Below are positions 36,681 through 46,827 of a DNA stretch of 64,000 bases, piece after piece. Numbering within the stretch: position 1 is the stretch's first letter; every line of letters starts with the position of its first letter. The stretch comes from Clostridiales bacterium (lineage in GTDB: Bacteria; Bacillota; Clostridia; TANB77; CAG-508), in the NCBI GenBank assembly GCA_013333035.2, contig JABCPQ020000004.1:1757-65756 (forward strand), written 5' to 3'. The translations under genes were made by a program, and so were the position numbers. The notes under the pieces were generated by a model. It had not been told where the DNA came from. It did no database searches and saw only the letters and a list, made by a program, of their open reading frames with translations.

Positions 36681-38500
36681 TGGAAAATAAAGATATAAGA
36701 AACGTCGCAATCATAGCCCATGTTGATCATGGAAAAACAACATTAGTAGATGCTTTATTAAAACAAAGCAAAGTATTTAGGGATAATGAAGTAGTAGCAG
36801 AAAGAGTAATGGACTCAAATGATATTGAAAAAGAAAGAGGAATTACAATTTTAGCAAAAAACACATCAGTACATTATAACGGAGTAAAAATTAACATAGT
36901 TGATACACCAGGACACGCAGACTTTGAAGGAGAAGTAGAGAGAGTTCTAAAAATGGTAGACGGTGTTGTACTATTAGTAGACGCATTTGATGGACCAATG
37001 CCACAAACAAGAGAAGTATTAAAAAAGGCTTTAGGACTAGATTTAAAGCCAATAGTTGTAATAAATAAAATAGATAGACCAGGTGCACAACCACTAAAAG
37101 TAGTAGACAAAGTACTAGAATTATTCATGGACTTAAATGCAACAGAAGAACAATTAGACTTCCCAGTAATATACGCATCAGCTAAAAATGGAATTGCAAA
37201 AATGAAATTAGATGACGAATCAGACAACATTTATTGTATATTTGATACAATAATTAAAGAAATTCCAGCACCACAAGTAGATATTAATGGTGATATGCAA
37301 TTATTAGTATCAAATATAGGATATGATGATTATTTAGGAAGACTTGCTGTAGGAAGAGTTGAAAGAGGAATTTTAAAAGCAAACCAAGCAGTAGTAGTAT
37401 GTAAAGATGAAGACAAAACAGTAAATGGAAGAGTAGGAAAAGTTTACATATATGAAGGATTAAATAAAGTAGAAGTTGAAGAAGTACCAGCAGGTGATAT
37501 CGTTTCAATTTCAGGTATTTCAGACATTAACATTGGTGAAACAATTTGTGATGTGAATCATCCAGAAAAGATTCCATTTGTAAATATAGATGAACCAACA
37601 GTATCAATGACATTCTCAGTAAATGATGGACCTTTAGCAGGAAGAGAAGGAAAATATGTAACATCACGTCATATTAGAGAAAGATTAATGAAAGAACTAG
37701 AAAGAAATGTTTCATTAAGAGTCAAAGACACAGACAGAGCCGAAAGTTTTGAAGTATGTGGTAGAGGAGAATTACATATCTCAGTATTAATCGAAAACAT
37801 GAGAAGAGAAGGATTTGAATTATTAGTAGCAAGACCAAAAGTAATATTAAAAGATATTGATGGTGTAAAATGTGAACCAATGGAAAATCTAACAGTAAAT
37901 GTACCAGATGATTGTGTAGGAACAGTAATTCAAAAATTAGGTTTAAGAAAAGGTGAAATGACAAACATGGAACCTGCAGAACCAGGACACACAAAAATTG
38001 AATTCAATATCCCAGCAAGAGGATTAATTGGATATAGAACAGAATTTATGACAGATACACGTGGTGAAGGAACAATGGCATCAGTATTCAGTGAATATGC
38101 ACCATTTAAAGGAGATATTACATCAAGAACAAGAGGAACAATAGTAGCATTTGAAGCTGGAACATCAATCACATATGGATTATATAATGCACAATTAAGA
38201 GGAGAACTATTAATAGGACCAGGTGTTGAAGTATATGAAGGAATGGTTGTAGGTATAAATTCAAGAAATGAAGATTTAACAATAAATGTATGTAAAGAAA
38301 AACATTTAACAAATACAAGATCATCTGGAGCAGATGATGCATTAAGATTAGTACCACCTAAGAAAATGTCACTAGAAGAATCAATTGAATTCATCGCAGA
38401 AGACGAATTAGTTGAAGTAACTCCAGAAAACATTAGAATCAGAAAGAAAATACTTGACACAAAAACTCGTGAAAGAGAAGCTAAAAGAGCAAGTAACTAA
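36680..38500 (+). CDS. typA: translational GTPase TypA/BipA
   Basis: IRNVAIIAHVDHGKTTLVD, DTPGHADF, NKIDR. 606 aa. Confidence 0.95.
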   Translation: MENKDIRNVAIIAHVDHGKTTLVDALLKQSKVFRDNEVVAERVMDSNDIEKERGITILAKNTSVHYNGVKINIVDTPGHADFEGEVERVLKMVDGVVLLVDAFDGPMPQTREVLKKALGLDLKPIVVINKIDRPGAQPLKVVDKVLELFMDLNATEEQLDFPVIYASAKNGIAKMKLDDESDNIYCIFDTIIKEIPAPQVDINGDMQLLVSNIGYDDYLGRLAVGRVERGILKANQAVVVCKDEDKTVNGRVGKVYIYEGLNKVEVEEVPAGDIVSISGISDINIGETICDVNHPEKIPFVNIDEPTVSMTFSVNDGPLAGREGKYVTSRHIRERLMKELERNVSLRVKDTDRAESFEVCGRGELHISVLIENMRREGFELLVARPKVILKDIDGVKCEPMENLTVNVPDDCVGTVIQKLGLRKGEMTNMEPAEPGHTKIEFNIPARGLIGYRTEFMTDTRGEGTMASVFSEYAPFKGDITSRTRGTIVAFEAGTSITYGLYNAQLRGELLIGPGVEVYEGMVVGINSRNEDLTINVCKEKHLTNTRSSGADDALRLVPPKKMSLEESIEFIAEDELVEVTPENIRIRKKILDTKTREREAKRASN

Positions 38501-38504
38501 TATA

Positions 38505-38538
38505 TAAAAAAATCGCCACATTTAAATGGCGATTTTTT
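38505..38538 (+). terminator. rho-independent terminator
   Basis: Stem aatcgcca / tggcgatt followed by T6. It overlaps the tracked 38526 start, which is therefore unlikely to be real. Confidence 0.65.
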
Positions 38539-38561
38539 GCAATCACAATAAGGAAGAAAAA

Positions 38562-39167
38562 ATGAAATCAAAATTTGAAAGAAAATTAGAAAAAGTCAAA
38601 GAACTAGCAATAAAAGAAAATGTACCAATAATAATGGATGAAACATTACAAAAAATAAAAGAAACTTTAAAAGAACTAAACAAAAATACAATAAACAAAA
38701 TACTAGAAATAGGAACAGCAACAGGCTATTCAGCATTATGCTTTTCAATGCTTTTAACAGAAGATGGTGAAATAGACACAATAGAAAGAGATGAAGAAAG
38801 AATAGCCAAAGCAAAAGAAAACATTAAGATATTAGAAGGTAATAAAAAGATAAATTTATATGAAGGAGATGCTGTAGAAATATTAAAACAAATGAACAAT
38901 AAATATGACTTAATATTTATTGATGCATCAAAAAGTAAATATCCAATATTTTTAGAAGAGTCCCTAAGAATGTTAAATCAAAATGGTATAATATTTGCAG
39001 ACAACGTTTTATATAAAGGATATGTAATGAGTGATTACAATAAGCACAAGCAAAGAACAGCAGTAACGCATTTAAGAGAATTCATAAAAAATGCCACAGA
39101 AAATGAAGAATTACATACAGAAATATCAGAAGTCGGAGATGGATTAGCAATCATTTATAAAAAATAA
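38562..39167 (+). CDS. Class I SAM-dependent O-methyltransferase, family 3 (YrrM/TrmR-like)
   Basis: EIGTATGYSAL and FIDASK motifs. AAGGAAG RBS before the ATG at 38562. Confidence 0.7.
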   Translation: MKSKFERKLEKVKELAIKENVPIIMDETLQKIKETLKELNKNTINKILEIGTATGYSALCFSMLLTEDGEIDTIERDEERIAKAKENIKILEGNKKINLYEGDAVEILKQMNNKYDLIFIDASKSKYPIFLEESLRMLNQNGIIFADNVLYKGYVMSDYNKHKQRTAVTHLREFIKNATENEELHTEISEVGDGLAIIYKK

Positions 39168-39180
39168 CCAAAACCTTTGT

Positions 39181-39209
39181 TTGACAAACATCCATTTTTA
39201 TGTTATAAA
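39181..39209 (+). promoter_or_regulatory. lexA promoter candidate with an embedded AACAT-N8-ATGTT inverted repeat
   Basis: TTGACA (39181-39186), 17 nt, TATAAA (39204-39209). The inverted repeat spans 39187-39204. Confidence 0.4.
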
Positions 39210-39242
39210 TTTAATAGACATAAATTTCGGGGGTTTTGTAAA

Positions 39243-39923
39243 ATGAATAAATCTAGAAGAGATGCAAATGGGCTAAACAAGAGAGAAAGATCAATATTAA
39301 AAGCAATACAAGAAGGCATAATTGATAATGGATACCCACCATCAGTTAGAGAAATATGTAAAAGAGTAGGTTTAAGCTCAACAGCAACAGTGCAAGGATA
39401 TCTTAATGCTTTGGAAGAACGAGGATATATATCAAAAAAGAATCAAAAAGGAAGAACGTTAAGACTATTAAAAGATTATAAAGGTGAAGAAATTATAGCA
39501 GAACAAACAACTATAAAACAGCCAGATAAAGAATATTATTCAAGTAGAGAGATGGTAAGTGTTCCAGTAATAGGCAAAATCACAGCAGGACAACCAATAC
39601 TTGCAGTTGAAAACATTACAGATACATTCCCAATTCCAATAGACTTTGTAGGAAATTCAGAAAGCTTCATGCTAACAGTATCAGGCGAAAGTATGATAGA
39701 AGCAGGAATACTTGATGGAGATTATATATTGGTAAAAAAACAAAATGTTGCACAAAATGGACAAATAGTAGTAGCATTAATAGATGATTCGGCAACAGTA
39801 AAAACTTTTTATAAAGAAAAAGATCACATAAGATTACAGCCAGAGAATAGCTCAATGGATCCAATTTTAGTTCCAGACTGCCAGATATTAGGTAGAGTAG
39901 CAGGCGTATTTAGAAAAATGTAA
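39243..39923 (+). CDS. lexA: LexA repressor
   Basis: Winged-helix N-terminus (RERSILKAIQEGIIDNGYPPSVREI), the SGESM Ser site and the VKTF Lys site. Confidence 0.9.
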   Translation: MNKSRRDANGLNKRERSILKAIQEGIIDNGYPPSVREICKRVGLSSTATVQGYLNALEERGYISKKNQKGRTLRLLKDYKGEEIIAEQTTIKQPDKEYYSSREMVSVPVIGKITAGQPILAVENITDTFPIPIDFVGNSESFMLTVSGESMIEAGILDGDYILVKKQNVAQNGQIVVALIDDSATVKTFYKEKDHIRLQPENSSMDPILVPDCQILGRVAGVFRKM

Positions 39924-39937
39924 AAGAGGAAAAATAT

Positions 39938-40615
39938 ATGCACAAAGTTTTTAAATATATCATTATATTTATAATAGTTTATTTCAGTGTAAACATATTA
40001 ACATATTTAATAATGAGATCAACAAGATCAAATAAAACAGTAGAATTAAATATTCCAGGAAATTCACCATTAATCCAAATAACACAAGCAAGAGGATCAA
40101 CAGAAGGTGGAATAATTAGAGGAAAAATAACAAATAATTCAAATCAAGAAATTACAGATACATTCTTAAAACTAAGATTCTTCTCAAAAAGAGGAGTTGA
40201 AATGGGAAATCAATATATAACAATAAAGAGCTTAAAACCAGGAGAAACAATGGAATTTATAGCAGACTATAGTTATAGAATGGTTGATAGAATAACAGGC
40301 GAATTAATGACAAAAGAAGCATTAATTGGCGAAATAAATAAAGCAACAAATAATGGAAAGAGCAAGGACAAATTTAATTTCAGTAAACTAGACTTATCAA
40401 AAATGGATCCAAGAAATATAGACTGGACAAAATTAGATCCAAGAAATATTGATTGGGAAAAATTAGACCCAAGAAACATAGATTGGAGTCAGTTTGTAAA
40501 CGGAAGTAGGATAAATACAACATTTACAGTAGATTTCTTTGGAAATAAAGTACAAATAAGCCCAGCAATAGTATTTGGAGCAATAGTACTTACAGGAATA
40601 TATGCAATATTTTAA
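39938..40615 (+). CDS. Bitopic/terminally anchored membrane protein with a 3x (K-x-DPRNIDW-x) repeat, 14 nt downstream of lexA
   Basis: N-terminal and C-terminal hydrophobic helices and an AGAGGA RBS. Function unknown. Confidence 0.6.
   Translation: MHKVFKYIIIFIIVYFSVNILTYLIMRSTRSNKTVELNIPGNSPLIQITQARGSTEGGIIRGKITNNSNQEITDTFLKLRFFSKRGVEMGNQYITIKSLKPGETMEFIADYSYRMVDRITGELMTKEALIGEINKATNNGKSKDKFNFSKLDLSKMDPRNIDWTKLDPRNIDWEKLDPRNIDWSQFVNGSRINTTFTVDFFGNKVQISPAIVFGAIVLTGIYAIF
40400..40489 (+). repeat. in-frame 30-bp x 3 tandem repeat encoding K[ML]DPRNIDW[TES]
   Basis: The copies differ only at synonymous or flanking positions (ata/att/ata, gac/gat/gat, gat/gat/gac). Confidence 0.8.
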
Positions 40616-40621
40616 TAGAGC

Positions 40622-40660
40622 AAAAAAAGAGGAGATTTAATAAAAAATCTTCTCTTTTTT
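40622..40660. terminator. bidirectional terminator between convergent genes
   Basis: Stem agaggagatt / aatcttctct with one mismatch, flanked by an A-run and a T-run. Confidence 0.55.
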
Positions 40661-41219
40661 ATTTGTTAATAACATTATTATTTAAATCTTGATTAGTAAG
40701 TTCTTGATAACAACTTCTACATAAAACACCATATTCATGATCACCAATAATAATCTCAGAATTTTTATTTCCAGCTTTGTAATATGTATAAATAGCTTCA
40801 TCACATTTACAATTATCACAAATAGCAGTAAGAAGCTTAATATTATCAGCAATAGCTAAAAGTTCTGGCATTTTCCCAAAAGGTTTCTTTTCAGAAGTAA
40901 GATTTAAGCCAGAAATGAAGAATTTCTTTCCATTATCAGCCATCTCCTGAATGATAGAAACATCACCTTTAAGAAATTGAAATTCATCAATAAAATAAGC
41001 ATCAACATCATATTTTTTTAAATCAGCAATTCTCTTAATAAGTACAGCAGGAATATTAATGCCATTTCTAACAGCAATGCAATCACCATTCCTAGTATCA
41101 ATAAGTGGTTTGAACATTTGAACACTTCTACCCGCAATTAACTGTCTTTTATATTCATTAAGAATTTCTTGAGTTTTACCAGATTTCATAGGACCAGAAT
41201 AAACATTTATATTACCCAT
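40659..41219 (-). CDS. tdk: thymidine kinase
   Basis: GPMKSGKT plus C-terminal CxxC...CxxC. The likely start is the ATG 21 codons inside the tracked TTG (41282). My hand count of that ATG was off by one from the track. Confidence 0.9.
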   Translation of the reverse strand: MGNINVYSGPMKSGKTQEILNEYKRQLIAGRSVQMFKPLIDTRNGDCIAVRNGINIPAVLIKRIADLKKYDVDAYFIDEFQFLKGDVSIIQEMADNGKKFFISGLNLTSEKKPFGKMPELLAIADNIKLLTAICDNCKCDEAIYTYYKAGNKNSEIIIGDHEYGVLCRSCYQELTNQDLNNNVINK

Positions 41220-41383
41220 AAATTCCCCCTTATTCGTTTTTAGTAATATATGAATAATATAACATCCTCCTAAAAATAACAAGCATAAATCATCAAAAAA
41301 TCAAATTTTATTATATGTAATAATGTTGTAAAAGTCACGTTGTAATGATAAAATATTATGGAATTATAATATGGAGGGAAAGT

Positions 41384-42343
41384 GTGAAAAAGATAGAGAC
41401 TATAAAAGGTCTAGAAAATATAATACCAAAAGACAAAATATTTTATAATGAACCAATGAAGAAAAGAACAACAATGAAAGTTGGAGGATTAGCAGATATA
41501 TTTGTTGAAGTTGAAAATAAAGAAGAATTAATAAAAATATTAGAATTAGAAGAAATAAAAAATAAAGAGATACCAATAACAATTATGGGAAATGGTTCAA
41601 ACACATTAGTAAGAGATAATGGAATAAGAGGATTAGTACTAAAGTTTACTGGAAAAAATATAACAATTGATGAAAAATCCGATGATGAAGTATATGTAAC
41701 AATTGAAGCAGGAGCCTTAAACAAAACAGTAGGAACAACTATGTTAAAAAACTCAATAACAGGATTTGAATTCGCAGATGCAATTCCAGGAACAATAGGT
41801 GGTGCAGTCGTAATGAATGCAGGAGCTTATGGACATGAAATGAAAGACATAATTGTAGAAACAACATATATTGATTTAGAAACTTTAAAATTAGTAACAA
41901 TTAATAATGAACAACATGATTATAAATATAGAAATAGTATATTTGAAAATGGAACAGTAAAATCAATAATATTAGAAACAAAATTAAAATTAAAAAAAGG
42001 TAATCCAGTTGAAATAAAATCACAAATGGATGAATATATTGCAAAAAGGAAAGAAAAACAACCATTAGAATATCCAAGTTTAGGTAGTACATTCAAAAGA
42101 GGTGAAGGATTTATAACATCACAAGTTATAGATGAAGCAGGACTAAAAGGATATCAAGTTGGTGGAGCAATGGTATCAACAAAACATGCAGGGTTTGTAA
42201 TAAATTATGATAATGCAACATGTAAAGATATTTTAGCAGTAATAGAACATGTTAAAAAAACTGTATTTAATAAATTTGGCTATGAAATAAAGCCAGAAGT
42301 GAGGATAATAGGCGATGAAGGGCTTAATGAAATGGATAAGTAA
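41384..42343 (+). CDS. murB: UDP-N-acetylenolpyruvoylglucosamine reductase
   Basis: TTMKVGGLADIFVE, GNGSNTLV, GAMVSTKHAGF. The GGAGGG RBS favours the GTG at 41384, within the tracked 41345 ORF. Confidence 0.9.
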   Translation: MKKIETIKGLENIIPKDKIFYNEPMKKRTTMKVGGLADIFVEVENKEELIKILELEEIKNKEIPITIMGNGSNTLVRDNGIRGLVLKFTGKNITIDEKSDDEVYVTIEAGALNKTVGTTMLKNSITGFEFADAIPGTIGGAVVMNAGAYGHEMKDIIVETTYIDLETLKLVTINNEQHDYKYRNSIFENGTVKSIILETKLKLKKGNPVEIKSQMDEYIAKRKEKQPLEYPSLGSTFKRGEGFITSQVIDEAGLKGYQVGGAMVSTKHAGFVINYDNATCKDILAVIEHVKKTVFNKFGYEIKPEVRIIGDEGLNEMDK

Positions 42344-43813
42344 TACAAAAGGTGTTAAAAGATGGATGTTATTAAGTTTAGTAGGTGTTATTTTAATAAC
42401 TTATGGAATAGCAAATATAATAGTAAAAAAAGCAATAACAAACACAGATCTTATTAATATTTCAATATGCTTTGTATTAGGAGTACTAGCATTAGTAATC
42501 AGTTCAATACAAAGACAAAAAAGAATGTTAGAAATATTAGTAGAAGAAAGTGATACAAGGTATGAAAAAAATAACTTAAATTCACTAATATTTAATAAAA
42601 AAGTATATCATCAAGGACCAAAAGTAGTAGTAATAGGTGGAGGAAGTGGACTAAATACAGTTGTAAGGGGATTAAAAAATTATACAGAAATATAACTGCA
42701 ATTATAACACTTTCAGACTATGGTGAAATTAGATCAGACTCAAATAAAGAATTAAAAATGCTACCAATAAATGACATCAAAGAAGGTATAATAGCATTAG
42801 CAAATGATGAAGAATCTATGGAAGCATTATTATCACATAGATTTAGAAATCCAAAATTAAGAGGATTAAATTTCGGTGATATATATATTGCCGGAATGAC
42901 AGAAGTTAATGGAAATTTCAATTCATCAATTGAAAATGCAGGAAATATATTAAATATGACAGGTAGGGTAATTCCAGTAACATTGGATCCAATAAAAATT
43001 TGTGCAGAATTAGAGGATGGAAGTGTTGTAGAAGATAGATCAATAATACCAGAAGAAGTTAGTAGAAATGGTAAAAAAATACAAAGAGTATATATAACAC
43101 CAACAAACACAAGACCTGCACCAGGAGTTATTGAAGCAATAATGGACGCAGATGCAATAGTAATTGGTCCAGGAAGTTTATACACAAATGTAATTCCAAA
43201 CTTATTAATAAAAGGAATTGCAAAATCAATAAAAGAAAGCAAAGCAACAAAAATATATGTAAGTAACATTATGACTGAAATGGGACAAACAGATGAATAT
43301 ACATTATCAGACCATGTAAAAGCAATAATTGATTATGTAGGAAAAGGAATAATCGATTACTGCATATATGATACTGGCGAAATAGTTCCAGAATTTATAC
43401 AATTATATAATCTAAAAGGATCAGATATAGTATTAGCAGATGTACAAAATGTTAAAGAATTAGGTGTAAGTTTAATACAAAGAAATTTATCAAAGATTGA
43501 AGGAGACTTAATTAGACATGATCCAGATATAATAGCATCAACAATTATCCAATTAATATGTGATGAATTAGTATTTGATGATATGGAAAATGATAGCCAA
43601 TTCATAACATTAAATAACAAGCTAAAAGAAACAGAAAAAGAAAGAAAAAAGCGTGAAAAGGAAGAACTAAAATTTAGAGCATCTGGAAAAAGCATTTTTG
43701 AAAGAAGCACTTTAATGAGCAAGTTTAAAACAAAATACCAAGAAAGAATGGCAACAATAAGAAAAGACGAAAATGATATAAAAGAAAATAATCAAGAAAA
43801 TAATAATGAATAA
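42315..43813 (+). pseudogene. yvcK: YvcK/CofD-family (UPF0052) gene split by a frameshift near 42688-42692, with an N-terminal two-TM extension
   Basis: ORF 42315-42695 ends VVVIGGGSGLNTVVRGLKNYTEI*. The next frame continues ITAIITLSDYGE... into ORF 42758-43813. One extra A in GAAAT would restore ...YTENITAII.... Confidence 0.6.
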
Positions 43814-43839
43814 AATAATTAATAAGGAGATTTCCAGTT

Positions 43840-45882
43840 ATGAGAGAATGGTTAATAACCAATGGTATAGGTGGATATGCAGCATCAACAGATATTGGAG
43901 GCATGAATATAAGACGTTACCATGGTTTATTAATAGCACCATTAAATCCACCATCACAAAGAAAATTAATATTATCAAAAGTAGATGAAAGTATTGAAAT
44001 ACATGGAGTGAATTATAATTTATTTACTAACTCAACATCAAATACTGTAACAGAGGGATATACTTTTTTGAAAGAATTTGAAAAAGAAATAATTCCAATA
44101 TATAAATTCAATGTATTAGATACAAAAATTGAAAAATCAATATGTATGTTATATGGAAAAAATGCAGTAATAGTGCATTACAAAATAAAGAATCAAGATT
44201 CAAAATCAAAATTTAAAATAACACCATTAATAAATAATAGGGATTTTCATTCATTAACAAAGGATAAGAATTTTTTATACACACAGAAAACAGATATAGA
44301 CAGAGTACAGATAAGTTTTAATCAAGAAGAACAATTAAAAATCAATATGTGTGTAAAATCAAGTAATTACATTGAGCATGACAACGATATATTCTACAAC
44401 ATGTTTTACAAAATAGAACATGATAGAGGATTTGATTGCTTCGAAAATCACATAGTACCAGGAACATTTGAAATTGAACTAGAGCCAAACGAAAACAAAG
44501 AACTAACATTTGTATGTTCACTAGATGGCAAAAATGGAATAGATTTTGATTCAATATTAAAAATCAATGGAAAAAAAGTAATAGATAATGAATATTTGAG
44601 AATAAATCATTTAATCGAAAACTCAAAATTACTAAAAACAAAATTATCAGATGAATCAAAACAACAATCCTATAAAAATTTAGTCAGAAAATACATAATA
44701 GCATCAGATAATTTCATAGTAAAAAGGGAATCAACAGGATTGTCGACAGTAATAGCAGGATATCCATGGTTCCTAGATTGGGGAAGGGATTCATTAATAG
44801 CATTTGAAGGAATACTATTAATGTCAAATCGTATAAAAGAAGCGGAGGAAGTACTATTAACTTATGCCAGATCAGTACGTAGAGGAATCGTGCCAAATGG
44901 ATTCAATGAATATGATGATATGCCATTATTCAATAGTGCAGATGCATCATTACTATTAATTGCAGCAACAGGGAAATACTTAAAGTACACAAACAATTAC
45001 AGCTTTGTCGAAGAAAAAATATTTGACAAACTAAAAAGAATAATAACAGCATATACAGATGGAACAGATTTGGATGGAAATGATATTTACTTGGACAAAA
45101 AAGATTATCTAATCTCAACAGGAACACCAACAACACAAAACACATGGATGGATGCACAAGTAAATGGAAAGCCAGTAACTCCAAGGAATGGAAAAACTGT
45201 TGAAATAAATGCACTATGGTATAATGCACTATGTGTTATGAAAGATATTGCAGAACATTTGAACAAAAGAGTATTGAAGATTCAATATGCCTATATGGCA
45301 ACAAGATGTAAAATGTCATTTGAAAAATCGTTCTATAACAGCACAAACGAATGCCTATATGACGTGTTAGGAGATGCCAAAATAAGACCAAACCAGTTAT
45401 TTGCATTAAGTCTACCAAACACAGTACTTGATTGTTCAAAAGAAACAGCAAGAGCAAGTTTTGTAACATGTACAAAATACTTATTAAATAAGTATGGAAT
45501 GAGAACATTATCACCTGATGACAAAGATTTCAAATCAAAATATGAAGGTGGCCCAGTAGAAAGAGATGGAGCATACCATCAAGGAACGACATGGCCATGG
45601 TTACTAGAACTATACTATGATGCATTAAAAAATCTAATATCAGCAGAAAAAAGAACAGATTATAAATTAAGTCTAGAACAAACATTGAGAAGATTTAAAG
45701 TAAATGTAGCAGATGTATTTTTAGAAGAATTAGTACATGGAAATACATTGGGCAGTATATGTGAAGTATATGACGGATTAGAACCACATGATGGAAAAGG
45801 CGCATTTGCACAAGCATGGAGCGTAGCAGCTGTATTTAAAATATTATTAGCAAACGATGATTATACACAAACATCGGAATAA
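43840..45882 (+). CDS. glycogen debranching enzyme (amylo-alpha-1,6-glucosidase, GDE_C type)
   Basis: GYPWFLDWGRDSLIA and YHQGTTWPWL motifs. 680 aa. Confidence 0.8.
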   Translation: MREWLITNGIGGYAASTDIGGMNIRRYHGLLIAPLNPPSQRKLILSKVDESIEIHGVNYNLFTNSTSNTVTEGYTFLKEFEKEIIPIYKFNVLDTKIEKSICMLYGKNAVIVHYKIKNQDSKSKFKITPLINNRDFHSLTKDKNFLYTQKTDIDRVQISFNQEEQLKINMCVKSSNYIEHDNDIFYNMFYKIEHDRGFDCFENHIVPGTFEIELEPNENKELTFVCSLDGKNGIDFDSILKINGKKVIDNEYLRINHLIENSKLLKTKLSDESKQQSYKNLVRKYIIASDNFIVKRESTGLSTVIAGYPWFLDWGRDSLIAFEGILLMSNRIKEAEEVLLTYARSVRRGIVPNGFNEYDDMPLFNSADASLLLIAATGKYLKYTNNYSFVEEKIFDKLKRIITAYTDGTDLDGNDIYLDKKDYLISTGTPTTQNTWMDAQVNGKPVTPRNGKTVEINALWYNALCVMKDIAEHLNKRVLKIQYAYMATRCKMSFEKSFYNSTNECLYDVLGDAKIRPNQLFALSLPNTVLDCSKETARASFVTCTKYLLNKYGMRTLSPDDKDFKSKYEGGPVERDGAYHQGTTWPWLLELYYDALKNLISAEKRTDYKLSLEQTLRRFKVNVADVFLEELVHGNTLGSICEVYDGLEPHDGKGAFAQAWSVAAVFKILLANDDYTQTSE

Positions 45883-45891
45883 GGAGATAAG

Positions 45892-46827
45892 TTGATTTAT
45901 TTATTATATGGAAATGATGAATTCATAAAAGAAGAACAACTAAAGAAAATAAAAAAAAGCATTGGTGAATTACATCTAGGAATAAATTACATTAAAATCG
46001 ATAATATTAATTTATCAGAAATATTGGATAATATAGAAACACCAGCATTTGGTTATGAAACTAAAACAATAGAAATAAGGAAATCAGGACTATTTAAAAA
46101 AGAAACAGCAGAACTTAAGAAATTTGTAGAAAATTTTACAAAAAATGATTTTGAATACATAAATATAATTTTTATAGAAGATGAAATAAGTGAATGTAAT
46201 TTATTGAAATTTGTAAGACAGAATGGAAAAGTTATTGAATGCAAAGAACTTCCATTACCAGCATTAATAGACAAAATGAGTAAAATAGCAGCAATGTATA
46301 AAGTAAGGCTAGATCAATATAATGCCAGATATTTGATAGAAACTGTTGGAACAAATATGCAGGATCTAATAAATGAAGTTCGTAAATTAATTGAATATGC
46401 AGGAGAAAACGGAACAATTCAAAAAGAAGATATTGATGCATTAGCAATCAAAAAATCTGATAGCATAATCTTTGATCTAACAGATTCCTTAGGAAAAAGA
46501 CAGATCAAATATGCGCTTCAAGTATATTCAGAATTAGCAAAAACACCATCTGACAGACAAATGATATTAATTCAATTATACAGACATTTCAAAAAATTAT
46601 ATTTATTAAAAAACACTGAAAATGATTCGGAAATTGTATCAAACTTAAAATTAAAGCCAAATCAAACATTTTTAATAAGAAAATACAAAGAACAAGCTGG
46701 ACATTTTAAAACAGAAGATTTAAAAAACATATTAAAAGAACTAATTAAAATCGATGAAAAATACAAAATCGGTGAAATTGATTTATCAATCGGAATTGAA
46801 CTAGTTCTTTGTAAATATTGCAGTTAA
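45892..46827 (+). CDS. holA: DNA polymerase III delta subunit
   Basis: The N-terminus MIYLLYGNDEFIKEEQLKKI, the size and the overall pattern. TTG start after GGAG. Confidence 0.6.
   Translation: MIYLLYGNDEFIKEEQLKKIKKSIGELHLGINYIKIDNINLSEILDNIETPAFGYETKTIEIRKSGLFKKETAELKKFVENFTKNDFEYINIIFIEDEISECNLLKFVRQNGKVIECKELPLPALIDKMSKIAAMYKVRLDQYNARYLIETVGTNMQDLINEVRKLIEYAGENGTIQKEDIDALAIKKSDSIIFDLTDSLGKRQIKYALQVYSELAKTPSDRQMILIQLYRHFKKLYLLKNTENDSEIVSNLKLKPNQTFLIRKYKEQAGHFKTEDLKNILKELIKIDEKYKIGEIDLSIGIELVLCKYCS

Noticed and set aside
38526-38561. Upstream start codons offered by the ORF track, here and at 1156, 11407, 12412, 17567, 27876, 28087, 32272, 39177, 41282, 49952, 51735 and 55842
   Set aside because: In each case an internal ATG or GTG is preceded by a much better Shine-Dalgarno sequence. 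For 38526, the upstream start also lies inside the typA terminator hairpin.
40400-40489. Possible CRISPR-like or intergenic tandem repeat
   Set aside because: The 30-bp x 3 repeat is in-frame coding sequence with no spacers. No CRISPR array or cas gene is visible anywhere in the window.
43806-43988. 60-aa ORF overlapping the end of yvcK and the start of the debranching enzyme gene
   Set aside because: It is out of frame with the well-supported 43840 gene, which has its own AAGGAG RBS. It is most likely spurious.
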